64,000 bases of DNA from positions 4,650,001 to 4,714,000 of the forward strand of contig JANJGN010000034.1 of the NCBI GenBank assembly GCA_026770705.1, in the 5' to 3' direction. The notes under the pieces are model-generated. The model was not told where the DNA came from and did not search any database. It saw nothing but the letters and a program-made list of their open reading frames with translations. Source of the stretch: Isurus oxyrinchus. Its lineage: Eukaryota. Made by a program: the position numbers and the translations under genes. Positions 1 through 15,100 of the stretch are shown in pieces. Numbering within the stretch: the stretch's first letter is position 1; each line of letters begins with the position of its first letter.

Positions 1-159
1 GATAGAACTGCAAAATCCACTGCTACTAAGCTTGAAGTGCTATGACAAAGACATGGTAGGTAGAGTTGTGTGGCAACTGGAAAACTGGTTTATTTGATAA
101 GATGTTTGGTAGAAAAAACGGTAATGTGATGTGTAAAATGCGTTCGTTGTAATTTTCAG

Positions 160-195
160 AGATACAAAAGCTCAACAAAAATGTTGAAGCAATAG
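160..195 (+). CDS. 36-nt microexon, (E)IQKLNKNVEAI
   Basis: aattttcag|AGATACAAAAG...GCAATAG|gtgagc; phase 1-1. Confidence 0.85.
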   Translation, partial: RYKSSTKMLKQ

Positions 196-3100
196 GTGAG
201 CAAAATATTAAATATTAAGTATGCAGCGAAAATATATCGTAAAATAGATTTAATCATTAATTTAACCATGTGGCATGTAATCACTCCAGTGTTGACGGCA
301 CATTTTGCCCAGTTTGGCATTCCTATACATTACAAAGCCTTGGATGGCGAGTGGTAAATAAGCGACAGGGAGTTTCTTTAAGTATGCAGTCAGTTGCAAT
401 GAAGTTCAAGAAAGGAGGGTGTCAATGCTTTGTGGTTGCTAGTGAGTCCAGCAGAGCCTGAAAATTTCTGTCCTTGAGTTATTTGGTTGAAGAGATCAGA
501 TATGATTGAGTTCAGCTATTGCGGATATGGAACATGGGTGCTTTAAATTAAAATGTAAAATCGACAATCCGGGACAATGGCATCACCATTGGAGACGAGA
601 TAGAGTGGCAATAAATTTGCATCGGAATTTATAGTAGCGATTCAGTTTGCTTTAGATCAGGCATCATAACTGTTCGGCCTGGGTGGTTTGTAGAATTTGT
701 GAGTCTTGGTGCAGACCTCATAACGCAAAAAAAACTATAAAACATTTGAGCCAACGTCCTAGATTATAGTCAGATAGGGGTGAGTGATATTATTGGTGAG
801 AATAAGTGCATGAACATTTGGAGGAAGAGATCATGCTGTTGTTAGTTCTAGTGGATCTGTGAAAATTTGGATTGTCCTGCCTTTCTGTTATGCACATAGG
901 TTGGAATGAAATACGTTATTGAGAGAGATTCGATAGGAGTCCGTTCAAGAAGGGTCGAACACTGAGACGATTCAGCAAATCAAAGATAAGGCGCAACATG
1001 CCAAGATTAATCAGAAATAAACAGTGGACAACAAAGTAAGTTAAAAATTGCTTTAGACCAAATAAAGTGGCTTAATAGGCTGACAGAACAAGCAATACAA
1101 TCGAATGATTGGGAGATTAGAATCAACAAAAGTGTGATCAAGAAAATGATCAGAATTGGGAAAGGAAGGGGCAGGAAATCCAACGAGAATCAGCAAGGCG
1201 AATTTTTGAGAAGTTTCTTTATGAATGTGAAAAAAAGGGAAAATATTAGGAAAGGAAACTATCAGCACATTTCAGGCGGGGAGAAGATAACCTGTAAAGG
1301 GGAACCGGACAATTGCGGAGAAGCTAACATTTTCTTAGTGTCTCTCTTCAAGGAGGATTACCCAGAAAATTTCCCAGTAATACTAGGGGACCAATAGACT
1401 TATGAAAAAGACAACAGGAAGGAATCAGTATCTTTCAAGAGGCGATACTCGCAAAAAAAATAAATAAAACAATTGGATTGCTGTTTGATAAAAATAAATA
1501 TTGTACCAAATGAGTAGCAATTCCGATTATTGAAAATGGAAGTTATTGAAATAGAGAATACATTCGTGGCTACCTTTCAAATTTCTATATATTTTGGAAA
1601 GATTGCTGCAGACTCTAAATCACCTAATGTAGCCCAACTACTCATGAAGGGAGGGAAAGAGTACCACTGAGTATCGACCAGTTATTTTGACATCAATAGT
1701 AGGGAAATTGCTCGAACAAGTCTACTTATGAAAGGGGAATCATGCCTGATAATGCTGTAGGAGTGATTTGAATATGTTGCTTGCAGCATAGAGATAGGAG
1801 AAATAATTGTCATGGTGTATTTGAATGTTCAGGATAAGTACCTTAAGATAGAAAAAAAATGATTGGTTTTGTTGTTAATATGAATTGCAAATTGGTTAAA
1901 GAATAGAAAAGAAAGCTAGCATTAAGCAGTTAATTGTCAAGTTGGCTGGTTGTTACTAGAGCGGCATCACAATGAACAATGCACGGGACACAGCTGTTCA
2001 AAATCTGTATAAATGACTTGGATGTGGGGGCCAAATGTAAAATTTCCAAATATACTTATGACAAAAAACTAGGCGGGAATCTGTATTGTGAGGAGAATGC
2101 AAGGAGGCATCAAAAAGATGCAAAAAGATTAAGTGAATGAGCAAACACATTTGTTGGAAGATGAATCGCTTTCAATTGATGAACTTTGGGAGGGAGTTAG
2201 AGAGAGGAGAAAGAGAGAAAGAGAGAGAGAGAGAGAGATAATTCCTTAAACGGTGAGAGGTTGGCAAGTATTGATGTGCAAAAGTATCTGGTTCCTTGTG
2301 CACGAATCAATGAAAGTCAGCATACAGGTGAAGGGCGCAATTAGGAATTCACATGACGCATTTGCATCTAAGTGTTTTGAGTATGGGGTTAAGTATGTTC
2401 TTCTGCAGTAAAACAGAACTTTGGTGACAACGCACCTGGGCTAATATGTATAGTCTTGGTCTCAATACCTAAGGAAGAATGCATCTGCAATAGAGTAAGC
2501 GTAGCAGATGGTCACCTGAATATGTCCTGCAATGGCAGGATTGCCTTCTGAGAACGGTTTGAATATTCTGGCCCTATATTTTCCAGAAATTCGTTGAATA
2601 AGAGATGTCATTGTAAAGTACAAAATTATTGCACGGAATCACAGGATAATTGAGGAAAGGAGCCTGGGACTAGAGAGATAGTGTCAGAATAATTGGCAGG
2701 GCATTCATGAGTGCAATGACAAAGAATTCCTTAATTCATGAACTCTCGGAATCCTCTACCCCAGAGGTCTCAGGAATCTCAATTATTGAACATGTGCAAG
2801 ACAGGAAACGACAGATTTATGGATATCAATGACATCAATAGGCATGGGTAAAATGGAGAAAAAGGGGGAAGAGTTAGTTGATCCGCCAAGATCTGTCTGA
2901 ATGACCAAGCACACTCTATGCGGCGAGTGGTTTACTTCTACCCCTAACCACAATATTCGCACGTTATAGCCCATGGTCTAAAAGGAACAAGAAAAACAAA
3001 GTTATGAAAGCAGATATAAAAGAAGAAACCGCCTATTAGTTCATGCATGTAATATTTAGCCAGAGAAATTTTCATGGTGGAGTTAAAGGGTCTTGCTTTA

Positions 3101-6100
3101 AGGAGTCGTGCTCTTTCTGATCTGCATTATTGTCCTGGTCAGTATTGCACAGGGAATCATTTGGAATTATTTAATGAAATGCAACTCAACAGCGTTCTGA
3201 TTTCCAAGGAGGAGTGTGTAGGACTTCAAAAGTATATGAGCACGTTTTATATTATGGACAACAGAGCGGAAGATTAAACTTAAAGCAAGGAAGTATGAAG
3301 TGATTAGTTTTTCAGGACGAATGCGTAGACATGATATAAAATAAAAAGGTCAACGCTCAAGAGAATGCAGGAGAAGCGAAACCTCGGTTTCTCCATGAAT
3401 ACATCAGTTTAGCTGGCACAGCAGGTTTATAACACGAAGAATAAAACTTGGGCAATTCGAGGTCTTTTGCTCAATTGTGGCATTGAAAATAAAAACAAGG
3501 AAGCCACTTTAAGCCTTCAAAATAAGCGCCAAGTGGAATCCCGTTTCAAGTTCTAAAACTACCTTCAGTAAATTTGAGAAGGCTTTGGAAAGAACGTGCA
3601 CGGAAAACGGACATCACAAAAATAGTGGCAGGGATGACGATTTACATTTACATTGGCAGACCGGAGAAGTTAGAACTTGAAGTTGAGAAGTGAAAGTTGA
3701 GAGGGCAAATCACTGTGGGAATTAAATTTATAAGAGGGCTGTCCAAAAAAGATTAGAATCAAATTAAGTTTCCAGCAGTGGAGGATTGTGGAGAAGAAGC
3801 AGAGCTGGGAGTTACTTGGCAAAAAAATTCATTGGCAGCATGAAGATTATTTTTTTAACTCACGCAACAAGTGGTTTGGCTGACAAAGACAATGACAACG
3901 AATTTTATGGATGAAAGGAATTGCGTATGGGGGAAGGCAGGACAGTGGCAACAAGTAAAATGATCGACAGGGAACAGCCGCATGCGTGACGGGACGAATG
4001 CTCCCTTATTATTTTGCAAAGAAATTTATAATTCTGTGACCCTGCCAGTTAACAATGCATGACATAATTTGTGACTGTGACTGAAACATCCACCTGAACT
4101 ATTGAATATAAAACCTGCCTGTGGGTCAATTTGGAGATTTTCAAAAGTAGGTAGAGTCAGGTGGATCTCATACGGATGAGAACACTTATTATTGAATTCT
4201 CTCATCTTTCTATGAGCATTTCTACAAAATCATTTGTCCATGAAATACTTTACAGGTGTTATTGCATGTCGGCCACGTTTTCCAAAATAACAACATTGCA
4301 TGAATTAAACATGCCCTGAAATGAAATGGCATACATGAGACAGTTTGCAGCAACTTCCAACAAGCCTTTACTTGCTTGGCTGAAAACATAAATGAAGTAC
4401 ATATCTGCATGCTCTATCGGGCCAAATGCAAAACAAATCGAAAACAAAAAAAACGCGTTTCATTAGTAATGTTATGAACGAAATGTAGTGAAACAGATCA
4501 AATCAAAGCACAGGTGGCAACGTCTGGAATATGAGGCGTACTATTTTATGATTGTGCAGGGTCTGGCTGAAATATTACCCGTAAAACATTGCTCATTTTT
4601 GTTCTCCGCAAGCAATAATAAATTTGTGGCCTGGAAGTGAAGCAGAAGAGGCCATTGACATTCCGATTTTCAATTCTCGTGTTTCTCATAAATGGGTAAA
4701 AATATTTGTTTTCAAGAAAAATAAGAGGAGCGTGTTTGTGGAGCTGCTTTCACTGAAATTGAAGGCAGAATAGAGCGTTATTTTTCTGCTCCAGTTCGAA
4801 ACTTCGTATATTACAAGGTGGATGAGAAGGTTTCAGCGTTGTTTTAAAGAAACATGCGTTAAGACAGGTTTATGTCTTAAGGTGGTTCTCTCCTTCCTCC
4901 CCCACACCACCCCGCCCATTGCCTCCAGCCCCCGCACCCAGGCACCCTTTAAAAAAAGGTCCTCTGGATCAATCTGACAGCATGAGTGTTGAATTCCTCA
5001 GGAGATTGCTGCAGCAATCTATGGTTGAGTTGGATATCCTGCCTTACTAAAGATGGGGATATGAGCAATATTTCAACATGAGTGCACTCTTTGACTATTT
5101 GTACTCACCTAGACATGTTGGAGAGGGAATTCAAAGATAAACTGTCCCCAAACTGCCATGTAAGTTGAATGTGTATGTTTGCCTCTCCCATGCGGAGTTC
5201 AAGGTGTGTATTTTTCCAGGGCCAATGGCAGCCTCTAAAACAAATAGTGTCCAGTTAGTAACCTACTGGTTTTAATTCAATCATTAAAGTGTCCCTCATT
5301 CTAAAATAATTGCTTCATATATGTTAACATACGAACATATGAATTCAAAGCAAGAGTACATCACTTTGCTCCTCTCGACAGCTTCGCCATTCCCTGCTAT
5401 AATGACAGTTCTAATTGTAGGTTCCCAACTGTACCCGATAATCCTTCACTCTCTTGTTGATGATGGATCCATTATCCCAGTCTTAAAATATTCAACTACC
5501 CAGCATCCAGTGCATCTTGAGAATGATAAATCTAAAAACTCACGACCACCTGAGAGAATGCAAAATAATTTATCATTATCCCTGTTTAACATTGCAGATC
5601 TCTAAGTTTTATTTAAAATAGACCACTGCTTATAGACTCTGCCACAGGTTGAAAAACCCCTATCCAAACGCAACCTGACAAGACAAGTAAGGATATTATA
5701 TGTTTCAGTCATGTCACCTTTTCGTCTTCCAAACTCCAGAGGAACAAGCCCAGCCTGTAGACCCGTTGCCCATAATACCAGCTAAGCAATCTCGGTAATA
5801 GTCTACCTATCCTTCCCTGAACTTCGTCTAAAGCATGTACATCCTTCCATAAACAAAAATGTCATTTCTGAAAACAACGATGTCCCCAGTGTCCTGGTAA
5901 ACTAAAGAATATCATCCCTACTTTTATATTCTATTCCCTTTGCAACGAAAGAATCCATTCTATTTGCTTTGCTAATTGGTCACTATTCCTGGCCTTTTGT
6001 GATGTTGCACTAGGACACCCAGATCCCTCTGAACCAAAGAGCTCTGCCACCCTTCACAATTTAAGTTATATGCTCTATTATTCTACCTGCCAAAATGGAC

Positions 6101-9100
6101 AATTACACGTTTGCCCAAGCTCTACTCCATTTTCCTGATGTTTGTGCACTCACTTAAATTTAAGCTCCCATTCGATCTTCTTCACAACTTACTTTCCTAT
6201 TTATCTCTGTGTCATCACCAAACTTTGCAACCATAACTTCGGTCTCTTCATCAAGGACTTTTTTAAAAATTCCAAAGAGCTGAGGATCTCATGACACACA
6301 ACTGGTTACAACCTGTCAACCAGGGAATAAGCATGCATGCCTCATCTTAGTTTAATACTTGCCAGACGATCTTCCATCTGTGCCACTCCGTTAACTCCTA
6401 ATCGTGGGATTTGATTTTCCACAGTAACCTTCGCTGTGGCATCTTATTACTGGCATTCTGGAAATGTTAGCAGAGTACATCGACTGTGGCTCCTTCAAAG
6501 AGCTCTAATAATTGGTGAACAATTATTTCCTTTGCTCAAAACCATGGTGAATCTCTTTAACTGCATAAAATTTCCCTCCACTAACATGTTTAGTAATTGA
6601 TGCCAGTTCCTGGTGTTCCCTCTCCCACCAGTTTTGAAGAAATTAGTTGGATTATCTTTTTTCAAATCTAATGAGTATTTCCAGGAATGCAAAGACGTTT
6701 GGAAAAAAAGAACTTAATCATTATATACAATATATAACAAGACAAGACAATTGAAGGTGTGGTTAAAATATAACAAATGCACGATCAGCATACTCTGGAA
6801 CTACTATGAAAAGTTCTGAGCTTAACACTTTATTAAACATATGTTTATCTCCGAGGCAATATAACATACATTTTCCAGAATGTTATGTAAAAAAACAAGG
6901 GGCTGAAATGTAAATAGAGAAGCCAAAAAATTGCAGTGAATATTCTGCAATTTACAAAGCTGAGGGTAGATTTGATCTGGTTTACCATCTATGAAGGCAG
7001 AAATACACTATATGCAGTTTCAGAGGGATTCAGGGCAAAGGGAATCATTTTATTATTTAAAAAAATGGAATATGCGATTTCATGAGGTACATTTGGAAAC
7101 CATGCCATACAGAAATTATTTTCGAAAGTTGACCGTCTCTTTCCCTACTGGCTGTCATTCATGATCAGCTGTTCAATTACAGTTGAAGTTGATGTAAGTT
7201 TGCCACACAAAAGTATTAATGGGCAGAGTGAAAATTCCAATATAGACAACTTTCTCTCGAATCAGCCATGAGCCCACTCAATAATGCAAAATTTTCGAAT
7301 AGTAACTAGCATAATCATATTTATATGTTTCAAGATATTTGAAGTATGATTCATTTGTTCTTTTTGTCGTTAGTGCTTTCTATAGTGAGGCTCAGTGACA
7401 ATTGTTGTTTGTTGCAACTAGGAAAACTAAAAGTCTATTTATATGTCTGCCTTGATTCGCAGAATTCTCAAGGAAAGGTAAGGATATGAATGTGATTGCA
7501 ATACAATCCTGAGGTAGAGATGCTAGTTGAGGAAAACCTAATCAGCATTCAAATATTATTGTAGATTGATACCTTGTGTGGCGAAAGGCAAAGACATTGA
7601 GATTTGCTCGGGAAGTATAAACACAAACCCACTCCCCCACCCCCGCACCACACAACCGGGTGTGTTATCATCCATATTGTCCCATTAGAGAAGGCAAATT
7701 TATCATCAATTCACTTTGTTATGCCTGACCTGCAGTTGAGGCGCAATTCCAATTATGTTTACATATTTTAATGTCTTGCTCGACACAAAACTAAGTAAAA
7801 GTCCAAATCCAGTACATTTCAAATGTTCTGATCTTTCGCAATGCTGCACAAATTACAACCGAATTGACCTGACACTGTCTGACATTATTGTTAACCAATA
7901 TTGTTCGTACCTGAGGTCCCTTGTGGATTTAATTGTCTAATATTTAATGTTCCAGAATTCTATTTTTTTTTAAAATTTAGGAAAACTAGTCTTCAATAAG
8001 ACATGCTCCGGCCTTCTGTTCGGTTAAATTTTACAATAAAGAAACAGAAAATAGTTCCTAAACACTGCTGGGCATCTTTAAACTGCGGAAATAAAGACAT
8101 GTATTTTTAAAATTGGAGCTAGGCAGTTCAGCAACGATTCCAGCAGTATTTGGTCCCAAAATTGAGAAGTGGAAATGTTGAAAGCCTCCAAAAAGCCATT
8201 GTCACCGCTATTTGCTTGGAATGGGAACACATGATTGAGCTATGTTTGTAGTGCAGGAGTGTCAAGTGACATTGAATCAAGTCAGGCAGTGGAAATTAAT
8301 TTCAATCTCGTCAATTATCTAATTATACGGAGGAATATGAAAGAAGAGCTGACAGTCTGAATCCAACTCTTAAACGGACAATATTTTTTTCCAATAATGT
8401 AGACATGACTGTTTTTCACCATTACTTCTGCTCTCCTGTGTGACCTATGTTTTCATTTTTTTCCTTGTTCTGGTAGTGCAGCATCTCATAGACACTTATT
8501 TCATTCTTTCTGCAAAGCTCATTAAAATCAAATTTCAATCATTGTGGATCAATAAAATGCAACGATACTGAAATAAGTCAGGGAAGTGGGAATATATGGA
8601 ATGCTCCTTCAGAATGCAAACGTAAACTCGATGGATAATCGACTCCTTTTGCACTGTAAAGGATCTCAGGTGCTTTGCAAACGTGTCAAAATTCAAGGTT
8701 TTAAATGAACCCTTTACGGCATGACACTTGATCATTATTTTTCCCCATTATTATTTTAGAACTCGAAGCAAAGATAAAGATTGAGGGTGAGAAGAAAAAA
8801 ACATGGCAAAATACGAAGCTCCCATTACATAAGCAAACCTTTCGGGCCTAAACCCTTCAATAAGGTTTTCCCTCATTGATGCGTTGTGCCGATTTCAACC
8901 CTAGTGAACACTATTTTCTCTTTGATTTAATATGTTACATACTCAGCCAGCACATATGAAAAAATGGGAAAAAGTATGGCAAGTGCATTGTGGCAATTGA
9001 ATAAACGGGATTTGTTATACCAGTCACCCAATAAATACTCTGTTTGCGATTGTGTTTTTTTTTGCACAAATAGAGCTGAGTAACTGGCAAAACATATGGT

Positions 9101-12100
9101 CCAGCCAATATTGTATTAATACAACTTTGCTATTTTGTACACTGATCCTGGACATTTCCTTAGGTCACGTCATATCTATGCCTTGTTGTTTAATTCTGAC
9201 CTGTGCTTTCAATAGCCTCCATGACCTTGCCTCCAACTCATAAACACTGCCATTTCTGCATTCACACTGGTTGCTATCCTTGAATTCTATACGTTTGGTA
9301 GTCACTTATATCGGTTGCTCCACCACTGTTGCTCATGGTTCAGCATCATGGGCTATCAGATTGCAATAATATCCCTGAGGGATAGCTTTAAGAAAATCCT
9401 AAAATCCAACATTGGAGACAGAACTTCTGGAATCCGGTCCTAACAGTTCTCTGTCCCCCTGTTTAAATGTTTATCTAACAAGCAATAGACACAAGTGTAT
9501 TAATGCATGCTTTGGTTATATATCTCTTTTTCCCTGCATTAAATTATAGATGGGCGGACACTGGAAAAAAATGCAGGTAATATGCTGAGATAAGTAATTT
9601 TGGTGTTATGTCTCGTATGTTGGTCAGGTATTATATCACAACGGTGCTCTATTCAGCTTTGAATTATTTTGGAAGAGGAAAATCCAGTGTAGCTAAGGGA
9701 AAATTGGCGTTCTGTCANNNNNNNNNNNNNNNNNNNNNNNNNNNNNNNNNNNNNNNNNNNNNNNNNNNNNNNNNNNNNNNNNNNNNNNNNNNNNNNNNNN
9801 NNNNNNNNNNNNNNNNNNNNNNNNNNNNNNNNNNNNNNNNNNNNNNNNNNNNNNNNNNNNNNNNNNNNNNNNNNNNNNGCTTTACTCTGCTATGTTTTCG
9901 TTCCAAACAAGGGGGCATACGGGGCCTCAGGTTAAAGAATCATTCGATTCATGACGCTTCTAAATGTGCTACACACTACAAGTATCTGACTAAAGTCATT
10001 TTCCTTAATCTAAACAACAAGTCTCTGGAGTCGAATTTGTAACAAAAACATAATGATTCAGAGTGCAGACATGAATCTGCTCGGTGAACGCTGATGTCAA
10101 TATATTCCGCCTCTCACCTTCAAAATCGTATGGATCGTTTCATGTCTCCTTTTCAAATTTGTAAACGGCTTGCATTAATGCAGGTGGGGAAAAATAACAA
10201 CGGTTGTGAAATTACTGCTGAAATGCAAATGATGCCTGTTCTTCCTCGATGCATTACAGAAATAGCAGCTTTGAAGAAAAACCTGAAAGATTCAGGTGAG
10301 CACAAAAATGAAATCGAAACTCCAGAGTGAAACAGGTGATTTCGCCCTGAAACTCCAGATCGTTTCTGCCGTTTAGTGCGATAAAGGTTGATATGTGAAC
10401 GAACCCACTTGCCCAAAATTGAACATTTGTGTAAATACATTCGGAAAAAAAAATAGGACGATATTTTGTAAAGGTATCAATCAAAAGTAAATTCTGCACG
10501 CAGAAGAAAGTCCCAGATTTACATTAGCTTCTGCCTATAAAATGTTTCACATCTACACTTCAAAAGAAATCAGGCTAAATTATTTTTAGTTATAATTTAA
10601 AATCACAAACTAACGAAAAGGTCTCAGTTCTTACTCAGATTTCTCTTTGCTCTGACAAACCTCCCCTTCAGTATTTTATTTTATATCTCCAGATAACACA
10701 ATCATAGTTCCTCTAAGTTCTACTCTTCTTGAGTAATTGGAGTCCAGTTATCATTCAATAAATCTACCTTATTGCAATACCTCCAATTTTAACAAATCCA
10801 CCCTAATGGGTTTTGAACAGAATTGAGCACAGCAAACAATTTATCTTCCAACGAGGAATATGCATAATTTAAGAATGAATTCCAATTCCTTATTTTGTTT
10901 TCAGTTATGTATCAAGAGCAGGTTAAATTCATCCCTGCGTAATTATAAGCGCAAACATGTTTTTCAAAGTTTAGAAGGCACAATGTATAACTGCTTCTCT
11001 AGTCTCACCATTCATTTGTTTATCCACTGGAGCCTCTGCGAATCCATATCTTTTCCACAGCTGTGGTTGCACATAATATATTAGCCGCTAGGACCATAAC
11101 TCCAGTCATTTTCGTGTTGTCCCTCAATGTCACAATGATTCGGCAACGGTTACTTAACATGGAATACCTGTCTCCTAAATAACCACGTCAGCAACATGTT
11201 TGCCTCCGTAACTTGTGCGGTATTTCCTTGAATTAGCTTAATCTATGTGAGCGTCGCTGTCAAGGTCAGTTTCTGTGGCCAATCTAATTGCCCTTCAGAA
11301 GCACATAGTGGGAAAATATTTGAACCCCTGTCATTCATATACTTACAGAGCTGGTAGGAATAGAATGCATGGTATTTTGCCAAACTACAATGAAGGGACA
11401 GCAATATATTCAAACCAGGATACCTTTCGCAATCTCTACTAATCTCCTTGCTGCATCAGGCTTGAATCTCTGTCAAGAATGCTTGGTCCGAGATCAGGAC
11501 ATGCCGGGCCCTCGGTACAGAGACTGTGGATGAACAAAATTTCATTTGGCTGTTCTTTTAAAATGTGCCATATATCTCCAATCTTGAGTTATCAGGACCT
11601 AATGAATGTGAACCGTTTAGCAGGCATAGCAGAAGAAGGAGGTCATTCTTTTCTCCTCGAGGGCAATGTGGTGGGCACTCATAAAGTTAATAGGGAAGGC
11701 AGAACCATCTCTCAAAAAGATAGATTTGGAATGGCCGGTTATCTGCTTCGCCCTCCTCTTGAATCATAGCCACCTGCTGCAGGGAAATTTCCACAGATAG
11801 ACCCTTAAAGCCTTATGGAGGTTGATCAGCGATGGCACCACTCAGCCTGAATGTTGTTGGGCATTGCTGACGATTTGGATTGATTTGATTTTTTGCTGTT
11901 ATTGCCATCAGTGCTTCTCCCATGTGTAGCATTGTTTCATTACATCAGCAAAGTCTGCAGGTTATAAACAAAAGGAAAATTCCTTGACTATGTTAACTTG
12001 ATGCCATAAAATGTCGTCGTGCTGCAAATGTTGATTTGCAGCAAATAAGAATATTATCCGGTTGCTTGGCCAGTAAGTGTGGAAAATCTCAGATTTTTGC

Positions 12101-15100
12101 CACTATTTCTGTGATGCCGATATGGAGGACGTTGTAGGAACTGCCGTTTATTTTTCAATGTCAAGATCGATGCTAGGCTATCCCTCCGTTTCATTTTTCC
12201 GCAGTATTAATATTCGCTGCAGAAATTTAACAAGGATCAATTCTTGATCTGCATTTTTGGAGGGCAGTTATGATTCTTTGGCGTTTTGTAGCTCAGGATA
12301 ACCATGCTCTGTAAATGACACAAGGGTGATGAGAGATTCTCTTTTCAAATTACGTTTTGCAACCGAATGAGCTTTTCGGACAATCAGGTAGCATTTGTTT
12401 TAGTATGTTAGCAAATGCATTAAACCCCACCAGCTGTTGTGATAGGACTTGAACTCGCGCCTCCAGAACATGAGTTAGTGCTCGGCATTAGTAAATCATT
12501 AACATTAAATTTAGGTGAGAATTCATACAGCAGGGAAGTGATTCTACCGTCGTAGTAATTTATTTTGCTAAAGGCTTTGCTCCCGGTGCTCTCAGAACTG
12601 GGCGCCTTGCCGAATATTTCAGTTCCGACAAGGAGCACAAAGGCTGAAAACCCTCCAGAACCCTTTTCATATCTGTTCAGGCCTCTTCGAGACTTCCCTA
12701 ACCCTGACACTAGGTAGGGAGAATATTATGTGAAGCTCCCAACCGGACATAGGGAGAAAGACAAACATTTTCTGTATTTTATTTGTTCAATTACACATTA
12801 ACACGGAATTAAACTTCCGTTCTAAGTTCATTTCGGTACACCGATGCCCACAATACCATGGTGATCATTTGTTTTTCGTGCAAATGTATTTTTTTTTCAC
12901 AGGTAGAGAGCTTTATATTTCCATGATGGAATAAGTTAATACACATTTTCGTTCCCAATTTCAATGCAGAGTTGATTATTCTGTAAATTAATGTCCGTGC
13001 TTCATTGGTTCAGATCATTTGCTCCCTTGTGAGGTGTGACCAAAGTTTGGAATCCAAATTCCTGAACACTTTATCTGTACGTTCCATGGTGCAGATGGGG
13101 CGCTTTTGGTTTCAATGCAACTTGAGGCTGCAGTTACTAAGATAGGAACTTAAGCCGTGGATTTAGGCATCACTAGTTAAGCCTAACTACTTTTACAGAT
13201 CCGAGAACCAAGTATTAAAAAGGGTTTCAACACCGTTGAGAAGTCGAGGTGAAGTAGATTGGCCTCGTTGGTGAGATAGTTTCGATAGGTAGTGATGAAA
13301 CAATGTCTAGGATGATGAGGAGAATTAATAGGAGTCTACAATTGGCAGTATTTTTGATAGAGAAATTATTTAAAATCAGCTTTCTCCACCAGTAGGCTGT
13401 AGATTAAAATAAACTTACCGTTCAGCACCTTGCTTCCAAGCCGGCTCATTCCAAAGGAAGAAAATCATTCCCATTGTGTATAAAGCTTAGCATTTTATTT
13501 CCCTCTTTTTTCCATCCAATTTCCATTTGAGTCAATGATATAGCTCGAAATCAACCACGGCTGCAGGCTATGTAATTTTCAACCCCATTGTAAGGAAGTT
13601 CTATCTCATATTACTGTTTTATACATCCCTGCGTATAATATGTGCATTTTCACTCGATACCTCAATGTTCTGAGCCCCAGATCGCATGTCCGTTTATTAC
13701 TGCTTTAGCAATATGCCATGCTAACTTCCAAGTGCCAAGGAAAATAAGCAAATAGCACAACTGCTCTTGAAGACTAATGTGAGCAGTGCCATTTTTTTTG
13801 CTTCATGACCCTATTGCTTATGCCAAAATGCAGTCTCGTTATTAACTTTCACCCTCCAGAATTGAGTCTATACTCTGAGGCTTTTATATTTCTGTCTGAA
13901 ACTTCTAGTATAGTCCTAAAGGTATAAATCACATAAACTTCGTTATCATCAGAAAATATTGAGAATTTGCAATGTGTTTCAATATCCTAGTGATTTAACA
14001 TACAACGTAGAACACTGCCTTCTGTGCTTCGCCATCCAACGACACCTAGGTTTGGCTTGACTACATCTTCATCTTGTTCGAATATTCAGAACCTGATCCG
14101 AAAACATGTCTTCCAAAATGATCACCGCTTATTTGCCGTTGCATTTCTCATGTAACTGCTTTCATTTGAGCCTGGGCAGTTTCCCTGGCATGCAACTGAA
14201 GATAGCAGTGTGCTTATTTAAATGTTTTCTGCCAGTTTAACTTTATGCCTTAATTTACATTAAACAGAGGGCAATATTTATGACACTTTTCAAAACGACA
14301 ATATGATTATATTGATAATCTCTTTTATTACTCGAGAATTTTTATGATATAAGATTACATACCGCAAATTGTGGTGGACACACGGTTTAATATAAGCTTC
14401 AAAAGGTAATTGAAAACCATTTGCTAAAGAAAAACATAATCAAACATGGGGGTTGTAGAAAGAGCAGTGAAAGTGAAGATTTCAACAAGCCAGGTATGAT
14501 GAACCATATTGTCTTGGCATATGCTGTATGATTTCAACAGGTGTTTTTTTTTATAATAATCATGACATTGTCATATTTTAAAACAGAAGAACATCTGAGG
14601 AAGAAGAATAAAGGTAACCAGCTGCCAGGGTCCCTTGTGGTTCATTTAAAGACAATCAAATTAATCATCTTATATTCCATGCACAAAAGCTATCGAAGGT
14701 TTCCTGTTTGTTCTGAATATCTTGCATCAAAACCTCTCATGTCAATGAGTGGAAGTTGAGCCTTTCGCCTGTATTTCCATATAGAATAGAACTGGAAGGT
14801 TCAAGGTGCTGAATTATTCTGGAACTTCGGCCTCCCAGTTGATCAGCCCAACTCCTTGGAGAACTGGCTGATGGTCTCACGGGGGTGCTGCAAGATTCAA
14901 GAAGAAAACTTTATTTTGTTTATCCCCATTCCCATCAGCCATAGAACCTGATGCAAAAGAAAAACCCTTTAAAGCAGGCATAGTGTATTCACCATGGTTC
15001 AATCACGGCACTGTAAGCTATCTCCACGTACCCAACCACAGCCCAGGCGACTACCATTTAAGGCCGTTAATACTCACACCCTGGCTGAACCTACTTCTAT

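Noticed and set aside
12596-12713. Exon-like segment with AG|gtaggg donor (118-nt ELGALPNISV...PDTR, or 33-nt GLFETSLTLTL from 12681)
   Set aside because: The 118-nt form shifts frame into a TAA in the next exon. The 33-nt form fits neither the period nor coiled-coil composition. Not excluded, but unsupported.
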